64,000 nt of DNA from contig JARFYF010000112.1 in the NCBI GenBank assembly GCA_030265395.1, positions 13,464,671 to 13,528,670 on the forward strand. The letters are read 5' to 3'. The notes beneath the pieces are model-generated. The model was not told the origin of the DNA. It was given only the letters and a program-made list of their open reading frames with translations, and searched no databases. This DNA comes from Rhina ancylostomus (lineage: Eukaryota). Positions within the stretch are counted from its first letter, which is position 1; each line of letters begins with the position of its first letter. Positions 24,221 to 37,559 of this stretch are shown here, piece by piece. A program made the position numbers and the translations under genes.

Positions 24221-27200
24221 AGTACCTTAGCAATCCAGGGGTTATCAATTTAACCAATGTGTGAATGTGGCATATCTATGGACAATCCATATTCATTTTT
24301 CTGATGTAGGAGTGAAGAAGGGAGTGTTGAGAAGGATCTGAGAGATTCCAAACAGAAGCCTCCTGAATTGTGACTGCAACTGACTGGCATCTAATTCCAT
24401 GCATCATTCTGTTACTGTTATTCACCATGTTAGCTGTGCAACACTCTGAAAGTTGCTGGTTATTTCAGTTCCTTATTCAGAAAGTGAGACCGTCTCCAAG
24501 GACAATTCGAAAGCAAATACTGAAGTACTAGAAACTCTGAGGTGGAAAATAAAGAGCTAATGTGCTTTACTTATTCAGCATCATACTGGCCGTCAACCCA
24601 TCAAGCATATCCATGCACTCCAGCTGCCCAAGTTGGTTTGAAGATTCCCCAAGTGCCTCTGCTTATGTAAATTTCCTGATGCGACACTGAAGTGTGAAAT
24701 CAGTACCACTTCTGCTGCCACTGCAGTGGTGAGAGGCCCCTACACAATTACCCATGACTTTCTGCTGCCATATCAATGACTTTGAGCAGCATAAGCAACT
24801 GAAAAACCAGGTGTGCATGACTTGTTCCAAAATGTGCTTGATTTGCAATCCAGTTCAAATTCAAGTTATTTAAATTCTGCTCGGGCTTGATCATTTCTCG
24901 ATGATGTAGTTGATCACTCTTCTCAAACTAGCAGCGTTGTAGAAGAGGGATAGGTCAAGTACCCTCACCAAAATGGTGAGAAAAGGACAGAGATGTTAAG
25001 TGAATCTACTTATGTCACAGTTTATCACCACCAATATAAACTATTTACTACTTTCTACCATGCAAAGAACCTGCTCAGCTTAACAACTTAACATACACTG
25101 TACAAATATATACTGTGTAGCTGCTCCAATGCATTACATTGAAAGAGGCAAGCTACAATGAGGGGTACTGTTTGCATTCTAATTGTCTATCATTGTATAG
25201 CATAGTACACTCAAATGCCACAATAATTGCCAAAAAATATTAATTTTTGATTAGTGTTTATAAAAAGTAAGATTTAAAAAATCTGAATAAACCATAAATT
25301 TCCTGCTTTCATCAACACAAAATGATCTTATAGTAAACCCAGGGCAGAGATTAAACAAATTAGTACACTAATTCATGCACATCTTCACATTCTTCAGTGA
25401 CTACAAGAGGAATGAGCATGGCAATTAGAAATGTTACATTAGTAAGCTTGATTGCTCAAGTTTCACTCATATAATGATATTATTAAAAGTAACTGTGTAC
25501 TGGTATTCACTATTCTGTGTCTGGCTAAAAACAGTTTCATGGTGCAATGGAGTGAAAAGGACAAAAATATTCTAATTCTCAGAACAATACAATAACTTTC
25601 ATATTTGCATCTAAATTAAGGGAAATAAGTTTATCAAGAGTATGAGCTTCAAAAAGAAAATTTACGTCAATTGTTGCTCAAAGCTATTAATACAGAAGCA
25701 AACTACAGACCTCTATAGCAATCACAGTCTGCCTCATACAACATGCACAGCATAATTACATTGTTTCCTGATGTTCACACTGTGGGCAGAGTGACAATGG
25801 GTTGAGTTATGCGGGTCTCAGAACAAGAGATTTGGTCTACTAAACAAACAGTTGCAGGCTTTATAACCAAGCACCGTAACAAGCTGTTAATCACATATCC
25901 CAAGAAGGAATATATATGAGTATATAGCCTATAACTTGAAATGCACCATAAAATGTGTGCTGTATGACAGTGGGGTGGCATGGAAATGACTGCTTTACTT
26001 GTGGATCTGCTGCTGGCGCTGACATCTTACATATTCTTCTTCACACGTTGTGGAGCTGACAAAGGAAAATGCGCTGAGGTAGATGAAGTCTCTGGATTGA
26101 GTGGTGAAAAGGTTGGGATGGGAGGTGGGAGAGCACAGAGGAGGTTCTGTTTAGCCAACAGACGATCAGGGACTATGGAAATGGAAATGGGAACCTCCAT
26201 TGGGAAGGTGTGAGGTGGTGGTGGAACAGTGATCAGATGATCAAAGACTGGGGGTAGGACTGCCAACTGCCTTATACTCTGAGGGACTTCCCTTATTTCA
26301 ACAAGAAATAATCCACACCTTGCAAAACCAGTAAGCAATAGCCTATTTCTCTTATTATTTTCCCAACTTCAATACTGGGACCTACAAAGTCGTGAGCCAG
26401 CAAAAACCCGAGGGCCAGAATTTTGATATTAGCAGTCAGAACTGAACACTGTCAGCTGAAAATTAAACAAACTTGCCTTGCAGCCATTCTCCCCATGGGC
26501 CCAGGGAACAGCTGGAGAATCCTGCATAGCAAGGTCAAGCCCTTTTTCACAGCCAGAAGGCCTGCTCAAGGCAACTTTGCTGCAGCAAAAGCAGCCAAAT
26601 ATTAGAAGCTATGACAACCTGCCAGGTCAGGGTATAGTGTGGCTAGGGGGCTAATGGTGCAGGAGGTGTGAGAGGGAGCAAGAGGAAGGAGAAGTAGTCT
26701 TGCTGAGAGTTCCATATTGGACAGGACACACCATACTTAAACTGGAAATTGGTTACCCTGCACAGTCTTCATGCAAGATCCTCTTCTTGCCATATAATTT
26801 TCCTATGTCAGGTTCCAAACTAAGAAGAAATGACCCATATTGGTCCCAAACTAAATGATTCTCAGGCAAATGACACTCCCCACTGACTTCTGAATTCATT
26901 GAAAAAAATGCCCTTGAGTGAGAATTTCCAGGAACCACTGGAATCCTTCCTGCCCACCACCTACCCGTTACACTTGGACTGCAACATGGGCAACTCCAGC
27001 TTGGAGACTCCAGCTAATCGAGGAGTCAGGGCCAGCAACAACCAGAGACTGGGGGCTTGCAATGGATGTCCAGCCGAAAATACTCCAATTGATTTAAGAG
27101 TGATCAATAGAGCAGAAAACAGGGTTATTAGAGAAAAATATATTTTTAATCCAACTGTCTACTGATCACTGAAAATTGATTTGCACTGGATGTAAATTGG

Positions 27201-28364
27201 AGCTCGAAATTCTGCAATCTTTTTGCATGTTTTGACCAACCTTGAGAAAATTGCAGTGGTACAGTGGTAAAAGTAAACAACATCCAGCAGCCATTAAAAG
27301 CATCCTGTACATTAGGAAAGCAGCACAGAGTGATGATGGAAATGTTGGTTGATCAATCGCCAATATGTGAAATGTGGCAATTGGAGACACAGGATTATGT
27401 GATGAAAGCTTTCGAAACAAAGTGTAATACTGTTGGCAACTCGAGTCTGTTAACCATGTACTGAAGATGGCCCAGCCCAGCTCCTAGATACAAATTTGTC
27501 ATCATTACATCTGGAATGTTAAGTATGTTGATACATTAATCTTGCATAACATACCTGATTTATAGTTTTCTTTCTGATCAGTAACATTTCAATCTGCCTA
27601 TATCTATTTCTTAAATCAAGACTAGTCCCCTTGCACAATACAGAATGTATCTTTAAAGGTAATGAATTGAGACTGTTCAAATTCCTTACCTATATACACC
27701 CCTTACAGCTACAGAGCAACTGGAGTCCCACTAACCTGATCAACTCCAAGATTGTGTTGGTGTAGTGATATACAAATATGCAAAATAGTTTAATACAATC
27801 TGGTCAGAAGCACTTCACCGGTAATGCATTTGAAATTTCCTCAACTTTGCACTACATTGCAACCACCTGCCTTAAATATCAGATCTTGCTACTTTTTAAG
27901 CAGAGATGTTAGACCAGCTAATGTAACCATATTTGTACTTAAATAGTGAAGAAGGAAATCCAAGGCATTGTGTTAAACAGTTGTACATTAAAATCTCGTG
28001 GCATCTTTCAGGACATTTAATTGAAACAATATGGAATACTACTGAAATTATTGCAAAAGATGATGAAGGTTTAAAGAAATAATTATGTTGTGTTAGTGTT
28101 GAGTTGCTTTAAGTAAATTAAATAAATGGTAGGTATCTGTGTATGGCCTGCAATGCTGAGAACAAGAAAGATGACGAGATATGGTATTTATCCTACTCTA
28201 CTGGGTACCAGAAACAGCAAGCTTGGAATACTGCAGCAGAATAGGGTGAGAAACCCTGAAATCATTTTCTGTTGTGTTGTAANNNNNNNNNNGAGCTGGA
28301 GTGCTCCTGTCAGCTTCATGGCTCAGCTTTATTGAGGTCCTAGATCTTTGCCTAGTTTAAATGA

Positions 28365-28940
28365 GAGAGACTTGAATTTCTGTAGAACCTTTTACATCCC
28401 ATTCAAGATATCATGAGGCATTTTACAGCTAGTGATGTATTTTGAAATGAAGTCTCCGATGTAATTGTAGAAAAACAATTGTCAATTTGCATACAGCAAA
28501 CTCCCATAAATGGCAGTGTGTTATTGATAAAATAATCTGCTTTAGTGTTGCTAAGTAAGGAAAAAATATTGTCCAGCACAGCAAGGATGACTTCTCTGCT
28601 TTACTTCAGTATAATGTCACATCATCCTTCATATTGCAACAAAAGAATCTGGAACAGAAAACAGAATGCCAGAAGAATTCAGTGGGTCCAGCAGCATCTG
28701 TGGAGGCAAAAGGGGTATGCAGATGTTTTGGGTCAGGAGCCTTCATCAGAACATTATGCCCTTTAAATCTGCCCAGGAGATCAGACAGGGAATCAACTTA
28801 ATTCTCACCAGAAAGCAGAGTAAAAACATGTCCTCAGTCGTTGGGGATACATATGCAATACAGCAACACCCCATTCTCTGGTTCCATAGTTTTGCTCCAA
28901 GTTTCAGGAATGGGACTTGAACTCATGACCTTCTGAATTC
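28365..28940 (-). mobile_element. SacSINE1/Deu-SINE-like SINE interrupted by a Penelope terminus (28640-28752)
   Basis: Head gaatgggacttgaactcatgaccttctga at ~28909-28937; core caatttgcatacagcaaactcccataaatggcagtg; tail acttgaatttctgtagaacc. Confidence 0.7.
28640..28752 (-). mobile_element. Penelope-like terminal repeat
   Basis: acagaaaacagaatgccagaagaattcagtgggtccagcagcatctgtggagg...gttttgggtcaggagccttcatcagaac. Confidence 0.7.
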
Positions 28941-29009
28941 AATGGCTTTTTGCTTTTATCTTGATTTGGTTCATTTGGTAAAAGTGCATAGGATAAGAGA
29001 AGAACAGCT

Positions 29010-29978
29010 AGCAAGACTCTTCAATCCAAAATTCAATTGACAATGGAAGGTTGCTTTGCGATTGAATGCCTATGACTAGCGGTTTCCCACAAGGATCAGC
29101 ACTGGGACCATTGCTGTTTGTAATATACGTTTATAGCCCTGATGTGGATATGGGAGCAAGTTCATTAAGTTCACAGGTGACACAAAGATTGGAGGAGTTG
29201 TTGATAGTGTGGAGGGTAATCTTAGGCTGCAGAGAGATATCAATATGTCCAGACACATGTGAGATGATTCATTTTGGGAGAACTAATGAGGCTGGGACAT
29301 ACACCATGAAAAGTCAGATCTTAGGAAGTATTGAACCGAAAGACCTTGGAGTACAGGTCCATAGAACCTTGAAGGTAGCAACATAGGTAACTAACATGGT
29401 TAGGAAGACATGTGGGATATTGACCTTCATTAGTCAGGGTATCAAATACAGAAATAGGAGGTTATGCTCCAACATTATAAAACCTTGGTCAGACCTCGGA
29501 TGGAATAGTGTAGAGGACATTTGCCAGGATGTTGTCCGGGATGGAGCATTTCAGTTATGAGGAGAGACTGTAGAAGTTGGATCTGTTCTCTCAAGAGCAG
29601 AGGAGGTTAAGAGGGAACATGACTGAGGTATATAAGATTCTGAAGAGTATAGGTAGGGTAGACGGCAGGAAATTTTTCCCCATATCACAGATTGATAGGA
29701 CATAGATTTAGCATCAGGGGAGAGATTTAAAGGTGATATGAGGGGGACCTTCTTCACCCAGAGAGTGGTAATTACTTGGCATACACTGCCTGAGACAGTA
29801 GTTGAAGCTGGGTTGCTGACAACATTTAAGAAGTGGTTAGACGAGCACTTGAATTGCCTGTGCATAGAAGTTATGGATCAAGTGCTGGGAGATGGATTAA
29901 TGCAGAAGGGTAGCCGCTGGTTGGTGTGGACAATTGGGCTGAATGCCTGCTTCCAAACTGTATCATTCTATGGCTCTT
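29010..29978 (+). mobile_element. CR1 LINE ORF2 3' part, decayed
   Basis: TSGFPQGSALGPLLFVIY, KDLGVQVHRTLKVAT and RGTFFTQRVVITWHTLPETVVEA. Confidence 0.92.
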
Positions 29979-32119
29979 CTAAGACCAGCAGTGACAGATT
30001 TGTAAAGTACATGTGTTCAGTGAGTACTTAACCTCTCACAAAGTCCATTGCAGATGTATAGACATACACAAGAGATGTAGGAATTCAGAGTGTATTCAAG
30101 GTCTCTTCACAGACTGGCCAGAAGAACTTTCTAAAACATTGTGGCATCGCAGTAAGCAGTCAGCAGCATGACACAATCCTTCCATGGAAGACAGACTTAA
30201 AGCAATAATTAGTGTTCACAATCAATATTACATATACCAGAAGTCTAAATCTAAACCTACCTGCCAATGGCTGAGGGCAATTGCCTCAGTTAGGTCTGGT
30301 TACAGAGCACTGCTGTCTGTGGCCTGTACCCCTGCAGCAGGCATAGGGCTGTGCTGCCAGTGAGCAGCAGGATCAGAACTGCCCACCACCATTATGTTTC
30401 TAGCTCATTCCCAGCTTGCCAGCAGTTTGGGGAATTTGTTACCTGCCTTTGGTCAGCATGTTCCTTTCCTTTCCCAGTGGATGCTACAATCCAGCTGTGC
30501 AGTAACAACAGACAACTACAATTTTAATGTATTTTGGATGCTGTTATTACCACCAGCTGACAGCCTACAACCCTTTAGGAAGTTGTGTCTTTGGCAAGAT
30601 TCTACTCTGGATTTGGAGTTTCTTAACCATGTTCCCCACTGACATTAAATATAATGCAAAGCTACAGTATTATGAGATCTTGTCAGTAAATAGAATGTGT
30701 TCATAAGCAAACCTCTGTGTTGAAATGAGTCTTAGGCCATCTGCAGGGTGTGTGGCTACCTTGCCAAATTCTCTAAACAGTCCAAGTGTGTTCTGTACTG
30801 AACCCAGGCACCATTGCCTGCTAGGTCTGATGCATACCAATCCTCTGGTAGGTAATGCTAAGGAGATTAAAAAACCTCAAATCTACCTTGTTCAATTATA
30901 GACACACCTTACTTACGATCAAAAGAGGGTCCGAATGCAGTACCACGCTGATCCTCAGTCACATGACTCATGACATGCCGTTACACTGGCCTTCCAATGT
31001 ATTCTCGCCTGCAATCACTTCCCATGACCCAACAAAATAAAAAATTTTTGGAGCCTTTAAGAAAACATCACTATTTATTCTTTTGTTGAGATTACATTTC
31101 TTCAAATTTCAGCAGCAGCCCTTCAAAATCTATACACCTGCAACTTTTGCGGTCTCTCTGAGTCATACTCCTGTTCAATCAGGAGTGGCTCAGGGAGGAG
31201 GTTTAAATTAGATCCACATAGCAGAATTAGCCAGATGCTGTGAAGCCAGCTCTATCCTTGGAGAGCAGCCCTGGCAGGATGCCTTACCAGATTTGCTGAT
31301 TCTGAATGAGATAACTAACATAAGGGAGGGGAGGATCTCTGTAGGCTGTTTGGTCGTCATCTGTCACTCAGTCGTTCCTTCCTCTCACAGGCATACAACC
31401 TATTCATTTTCATAAAATCCAATACTCAAATTACAAGTGTAAATTACTGCTTCCAAATTGTTTGCAAATGGATTAATAATCTATGATTCCAAAGTGGCTC
31501 CAGTCCGAATGCTACATGGAATATCCTTGACATGAAAGAAGCATACTGAATTTGTGTACCAGCCCTTTAATAACCTTCTGTCTTTTGACATTATCTCTGA
31601 TACTGAAGCAGTGCTTTAAGACTACTGCTATAAGGCATCTCAATGATAAGTCCCAAACAGCAACAGTCAGACCAGTATTATATAATATATTTAGTGATTC
31701 CCACCATGTACTTTATGGGTGATTTGCATTTCTACTATTGTTTCCATAAAGAGTATTAATCAGCACCATGGCTTTTGCTGCATCTTTTGCCATCATCATT
31801 AATATCTTCATCTTTGAGAATCCTTACAAGCTAGTTGCATTTTACATGTTTTACATTCAGCATTGAGGTGAAGCATTCACAACATGGGCTCAACGTTAAA
31901 GTGTTTTTCCAGTGATTTGGGCCCTAGGCAGGACCATGGTCTATTGGTGACACTGGTCATGAGCTCTTCATCATGATGCAGCTGCCTGAGTAGGTTGTCA
32001 TCATCATCCTGACATCAAAATGTTTACACACTACTTTAAGTCTGCAGTTCTAAAAGACTAGTAACCAAACTAAGAACAAAGATGACCATAAACGCACTTG
32101 AACAGAATACTAAACCAGC

Positions 32120-32670
32120 ACTCAACCCAATCACCTCTCATTTCTCTAAATTCTAGAAAGTTTAGGTCAATTTTCTCAATCTCTTGTCAGAGGATAAACC
32201 TTCGAATCAATCCAGTGAAGATCCACTGCATGCCCTCTATCACAAGTACATCCTACCTTGGGTAGGGAGATCAGACCTGCACGCAATAATCCAGGCATTA
32301 GGTCACCAGCACCCAAAATAATTAGAGCAAGGCATTCTCCACTCTTTTACTCAAATCCTCTTGCAATAAAGGATAATATACTCTTTGCTTTCCTAACTGG
32401 TAGCAATTTGTATACACTGGCCATCTCCCCCTTCACTCAGTCATAATGCAAGGTTTCAACCTGAAACATCAACAGTTCCTCTCCCCCCACAGACACTGTT
32501 CAACCTGCTGAGTTCCTCCAGCAGATTGTTGCTCTGTGTATAAGGATACTCAGGTCCTTCTGAACGCCAATACCTTTCCTTCTCTTAACATTTAGAACAT
32601 GTTTTTGCTTTTTTTTCTACCTTATGGTTTTCCATATTGTATTCCATTTGCTATGTTTTTGTCCATAAAT
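32120..32670 (-). mobile_element. CR1 fragment interrupted by a plus-strand Penelope terminus (32415-32535)
   Basis: ccagtgaagatccactgca...acctgcacgcaataatccagg...aaggatactcaggtccttctg; the insert reads acctgaaacatcaacagttcctctccccccacagacactg. Confidence 0.7.
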
Positions 32671-33284
32671 TATGTTGAAAGGGATGTTTTAAAGTAGGAT
32701 ACAGGCAAAGAAGAGAAGTTTAGGAAGGGAATTCCAGAGCTTCGGGTTTGGGAACATGAAGACATGGCTGTTATTGATGGAAATGAAAACTGGAGCAGGC
32801 AAAGGCAACGAGAGGATAGACTGACAGGTGTGAATTTTGTTCTAATTAAGCTTGCTTATTATTATATTTTTTAGTGCTCTTTATACTTCAGAGCCTGTTT
32901 TCTTTTAATAGCCACAGGCACAGTTTACACACTTATCTTTTGCATGTTGATGCTTGTTTATAAACCTCTTAATACCAGAAAACTGTGAACTAAGTGTTGA
33001 TTCCAGTAGTCTATTTTTACAGTATAAGAAGGATTAAGACAATAGTCAGAGTAATGGAAAAACTTGCTCGACCCCAGTCTGCAATGGAATTGGGTCTATA
33101 GTCAGCCCGTTGAACGGAATCATAGTTTGGATGCCAGAAACAGAAATTACTGGAAGCATCCAAATTTGTAAAGATATGCAAGTCCCTTGTGGTTGCAAGA
33201 TCAAAGTAGTTATGTGCAGCGGTTGAAGCTACTACATGTGTTTTGTTGGAGTTGTCATAGTGAAGATCATGTTCATCATCCTTC

Positions 33285-33505
33285 AAAATCTCATTCCCAC
33301 CTCCGCCCCCAGTCCACCAATCACCTCTGGCCTTTGACTCACCACTCCCCTTCTCTTTATATTAGCTATTTCACCTCTGCACTCTCAGTTCTGATGCAAG
33401 ATCCAAAACAATGATAATTCCTTTCCCTCCACAGGTGCTGCTCAACCCACTCTCCAGCAGATTGTCTCTTGCTCTAGATTCCAGAATCTGTAGACTCTTG
33501 TCTCC
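33285..33505 (+). mobile_element. Penelope-like terminal repeat
   Basis: ccaccaatcacctctggcc...cagttctgatgcaag...ccctccacaggtgctgctc...ctccagcagattgt. Confidence 0.65.
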
Positions 33506-33802
33506 ATCATGGCTATTGTGCCTCTTGATGGAAACAATCCACACTGCAACTTGGAGAACAGCTCTTTGGCTGTTGAGTTGGACCCTTGCAATGCTTTTCC
33601 TTGTGGCAAACAATTGGATCTGTTATCTTTCTTGAAAATCTCCATGATAACAGCATCACTGTGGTCCCATGTCTTATGCTTCCCTGATAAGGGAGGGAAC
33701 CTGTGAATCTGAGTCCAAAGATGCTCTCCAGCAAGATTAAAACCTTCAACAGGCATGCCTTCTGCAGAGGCTGTGGTGCTTTTTAATTGGCATGTGACCT
33801 CT

Positions 33803-34280
33803 TTCTGCAGAGAGTTGTGAACACAGCTCAGAACATCATGGAAACCAGCCTCCCCTCCATGGACTTTCTGTATCTCTCGCTGCCTTGATAAAGCAGCCAG
33901 CACAATCAAAGACCCCACCCACCTGGGACATTCTCTCTTCTCCCCTCTCCCATCAGGTAGAAGATACAAAGGTCTGAAAGCACGTACCACCAGGCTCAAG
34001 GGTAGCTTCTATCCCATTGTTGTAAGACTATTGAACTGTTCCCTAGTATGATAAGATAGACTCTTGACCTTACAGTCTACTTTGTTATGACCTTGCACCT
34101 TATTGTCGACATGCACTGCACTTTTTCTGTAGCTGTGACACTTTATTCTGCATCCTGTATTGTTTTACCTTGTACTACCTCAATGCACTGCGTAATTAAT
34201 TGATCTGTATGAATGGTATGCAAGACAAGTTTTTCCACTGTACCTTGGTACAAGTGACAATAACAAACCAATACCAATAA
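33803..34280 (+). mobile_element. Rex1/Babar-type LINE 3' end with 3' UTR, fairly young
   Basis: QRVVNTAQNIMETSLPSMD...KAASTIKDPTHLGHSLFSPLPSGRRYKGLKARTTRLKGSFYPIVVRLLN, ending caagtgacaataacaaaccaataccaat. Confidence 0.88.
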
Positions 34281-34284
34281 TCAT

Positions 34285-34515
34285 CTTCTACGTTCCCCAT
34301 TAACCCATTTGATCTGGTCCCATCCTATCACAGATGTTCCCTTTGTCCTAGCCATCCGTCCCATCCACCATCTCTTCAACTTAAAATTACCATTTTTTAA
34401 GTTCTCTATCACAATTCTGACAAAGGGTCTCAAACCTGAAACATTAACTCTGGTTCCCTCTCCACAGATGCTGCCTGACTTGCTCAGTGTTTCCAACATT
34501 TTCTGTTTTCACTTC
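34285..34515 (+). mobile_element. Penelope-like terminal repeat (best-preserved copy)
   Basis: ttctgacaaagggtctcaaacctgaaacattaactctggttccctctccacagatgctgcctgacttgctcagtgtttccaacattttctgtttt. Confidence 0.75.
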
Positions 34516-34799
34516 ATGAATTTGAACAGTATCAGGATGAACAAACACATACTGACCGAGTAATTGGAGTTCACCCTCTTTTGATGCACTAGACGGGTGT
34601 TGCATGAAGTACGAGTTCCCAATCAGGTGACCTGCAAAGAAAGGACATCAGGAAGTTGGAGAACAACCCAGATATAAAAGCGTTATAACCACACTAAATC
34701 TTAAAGAACACTTTCCATGGCAGCAGCATAAAATGCTTCCATGGAAGTGAAGGAAAATAGACGGTGAAGTGGAGGGAGTTGGTGGGAACACAGCAACCC

Positions 34800-35040
34800 C
34801 TGGAAGTTGCCCTCCAAGCCACACACCATCCTGACTTGGAAATATATCGCCGTTCCTTCACTGTCACCAGGTCAAAGTCTTGGAACTGTCTCCCGAACAT
34901 CATGTACCCACACATCAAGAACTGCAGCGGTTCAAAAAGGCAGCTCACCACCACCTTCTCAAGGGTAACTAGGAATGGGCAATTAAGTATTGGTTAAGCC
35001 TACAAAGCCCTCAGCCCTTGAATTAATATATTTTAAAAAT
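34800..35040 (+). mobile_element. Non-LTR LINE 3' end whose tail is shared with the second SINE family
   Basis: cacaccatcctgacttggaaatatatcgccgttccttc...ctgcagcggttcaaaaaggcagctcaccaccaccttctcaaggg (LQRFKKAAHHHLLKG), then aggaatgggcaattaag. Confidence 0.75.
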
Positions 35041-35399
35041 GCAGTGGGTTGCCCTCAGCTGTGCTGGTAGTAGCCCCTTGTGGAAGAAAGTGTGGCCCTT
35101 TAAATTAGTGTCTCATTTCCATCTTGCTGTGGGCTTTTTTTACTGTGTGAATAACACACATCCGTTGCACATTTAACAGCCAATATCTGTTGGTTACCAT
35201 GAAAATATCTGCTGCACTCTGGATGACATCATTAAATGAGTGCCTGATGTTGATAAACATCAGATACATTAAGATAGGATATGTTTGGAACTGTTGGGCC
35301 AATTTCTTGATACTCACTAATCCACCCAGAAATAATTGCTAGCTCAAGCTAGCAAGCACAACATGGATTTTGTGCAGAAACTGGGCATAAAAAAGCTAT

Positions 35400-35625
35400 G
35401 ATGTTAAGACCTTGCACCTTATTGTTTACTTGCAATGTACTTCCCTGCAGCTGTGACACTTTATTCTGTATTCTGTTATTGTTTTTAACTTGTACTACCT
35501 CAGTGCACTCTGTACTAGCTCATTGCACTGTGTAATGAATTGATCTGTACGAACGGTATGCAAGACAAGTTTTTTACTGTACCTCGGTACAAGTGACAAT
35601 AATAAACTAATACCAATACCAATAA
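35400..35625 (+). mobile_element. Rex1/Babar-type LINE 3' UTR, second copy
   Basis: Highly similar to 34083-34280 (gaccttgcaccttattgt...caagacaagttttt...caagtgacaataataaactaataccaataccaat). Confidence 0.88.
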
Positions 35626-37559
35626 ATCCAACTGACTTCAAGGCAAATCATGTTGTTTTAAAGTGGTGTTGGTTGAGGATGGTCAGTTTGCAAAGACAAA
35701 TGCCCTTGTCTATCTGCAGATGATGCTCTGAGACCTTTCGCGTTTAACTGAGCAGATAACCAAGGCATCACTTTGACAGCTCATCCAAAGGCACACATGC
35801 CAGCTGAATCCTCATCCCCTCTGCACAACAGCAAAGCATCAACTTCAAATAAAATGGCCTGCAAGGGAGAAGGTGCCAATGCTTACAGTTGACCTTAAGG
35901 AAACATGCCCACAAAAATCTGGAAATCTCCTCAGAGGCTTTTCTCCTGACCATTGATGTTGGTGTCTTACATCCGATAACAATGATGGAATCAAGCAGGG
36001 TCTGCAACCAATCATTCACAGACAGCAAACAAGGAAGCAATAAAGACAATTTTCACTATATTTTTAAACACTTCTATTGTATAAAAATAGGTTGGAACAT
36101 ACACATGAGATCAAGCTAAATGTTATTTTAAAAAATATAAAATGCAAATTAAAACTCATTAAATTTTGAAGGAATTACAGTCCACTCATTTGGATTAGGA
36201 TAGTAAGGTTTTTAACAATGATTACAGTTCAGTACATTGTTAGATGCTCACTTACAATTCATCCAACAAAGTGAAACAAATTTAGTTTTATGCAGGGAGA
36301 ACAGTTCCTGACTTTGCATCAGTTCACTGATTTCAGAAGATCACTCTGGAGAAGGCTTCAGGGTATCTCCAATAGCCAATTCTNNNNNNNNNNACTTCCC
36401 ATTGGACCCTACCATTGTTAACCCCAGCATAGCAATGGTGAGCGTTGATAATCTCAATCCTATTCTCAGCTAAATTCCGGGTCACAGTTTGTATGTGGCA
36501 CAAGGCCAGGAAATCAACTGGATATCTAACCATGGCTTGTGCTGCTTATGGCACCAGTGTAGCTGGCTGATGAGTGCAATTATTCTTTTTATTTCCTTGA
36601 TTTACCAACCTTGAAATCCAAGACTCAAACTTCATTATTCTTACAAAAGTGTCATTTTTTTCACCACAGGCTTTGATATCTTTAAACCCAGTACCTATGC
36701 AATTCCACTACTGCAGAAGGACTTTGGCCTACATAAAACCACTCAGAGAATTTTTCTTTTGGAAGTGTTGGAGGAGGAGTGATGGTGGTGGGAGGGTCCA
36801 TTAAATAAAAATCAATTAGTTTACAGTTTTGTTTAATAAAAAATCATGAAAGATAGTTAGCTCTGCCCATAAGAAAGGAGCAGGTTCAATCCAACTCCAT
36901 CTGCCTGTGTCACTAGAGTGTAACGGCTGTATAGTATTATTGAACAGTACGGTGAGTTAGTTTCACAGCCCCATGTTGAATATGCTTCAGTCGCCATCAT
37001 TTCAGACACTGTCACTGGGAGCAGTCAATACTGCATCTATCACATTAAGTAATGGCAAAGCAAAGAATGTGTTAGTGTAGAGTATGACCTTGAATCACTG
37101 CCTGCTCAGGAGAGCCAGTTCAGAGAAGAAAGCTGTTTGGCAGGTCTAGATTGCACACAGCTACAAACTACTTTCTTTGAATATATTTGCTCCTTGAGTT
37201 TTTTTTTGTTTTGAATTCTGCAACGTTGTTTTTCCACTGATCTGTGTGTCAAAAATTTCCATAAATGTTACAGATTATAGCAAGAGAATATGAATGGGCC
37301 TTTAAGTACAGTCCTGGGAACCACAATCAAGGCATATATTGTACATAAGAGTCTGCTGTATAGTGTTTCTAATGCCGGAGAGTGTTATAGTGAAGAGCAT
37401 GAAGTATATCAGAGATTATGAGCAGTTGTGTTTGAGTTATATCTTAAAGCACAAGAGTGAAAGGTAAGCAGTATATTGCCACATTATTGTGAGAAACATG
37501 CATATATCAGAGAATTTTATGGTTGGGATGTGAGCTATATAGGAATTTATTGCTTTTTG

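Noticed and set aside
16830-27100. Several GC-richer blocks starting gggcagaattt, ggccagaatttt or ggcctagaaatcc (near 18672, 22080, 26413) as Harbinger-like MITEs
   Set aside because: Plausible, but matching right-hand TIRs and TSDs are too decayed to define by eye.
31760-31771. TCAGCACCATGG RE1 left half-site
   Set aside because: The right half (ACAGCGCC) is absent.
33017-33286. 89-aa ORF with a hydrophobic C-terminus and a few retained CpGs
   Set aside because: No recognisable homology in the frames I translated and no other support for coding; left unexplained.
33442-33999. 185-aa minus-strand ORF
   Set aside because: Antisense to the Rex1/Babar and Penelope fragments.
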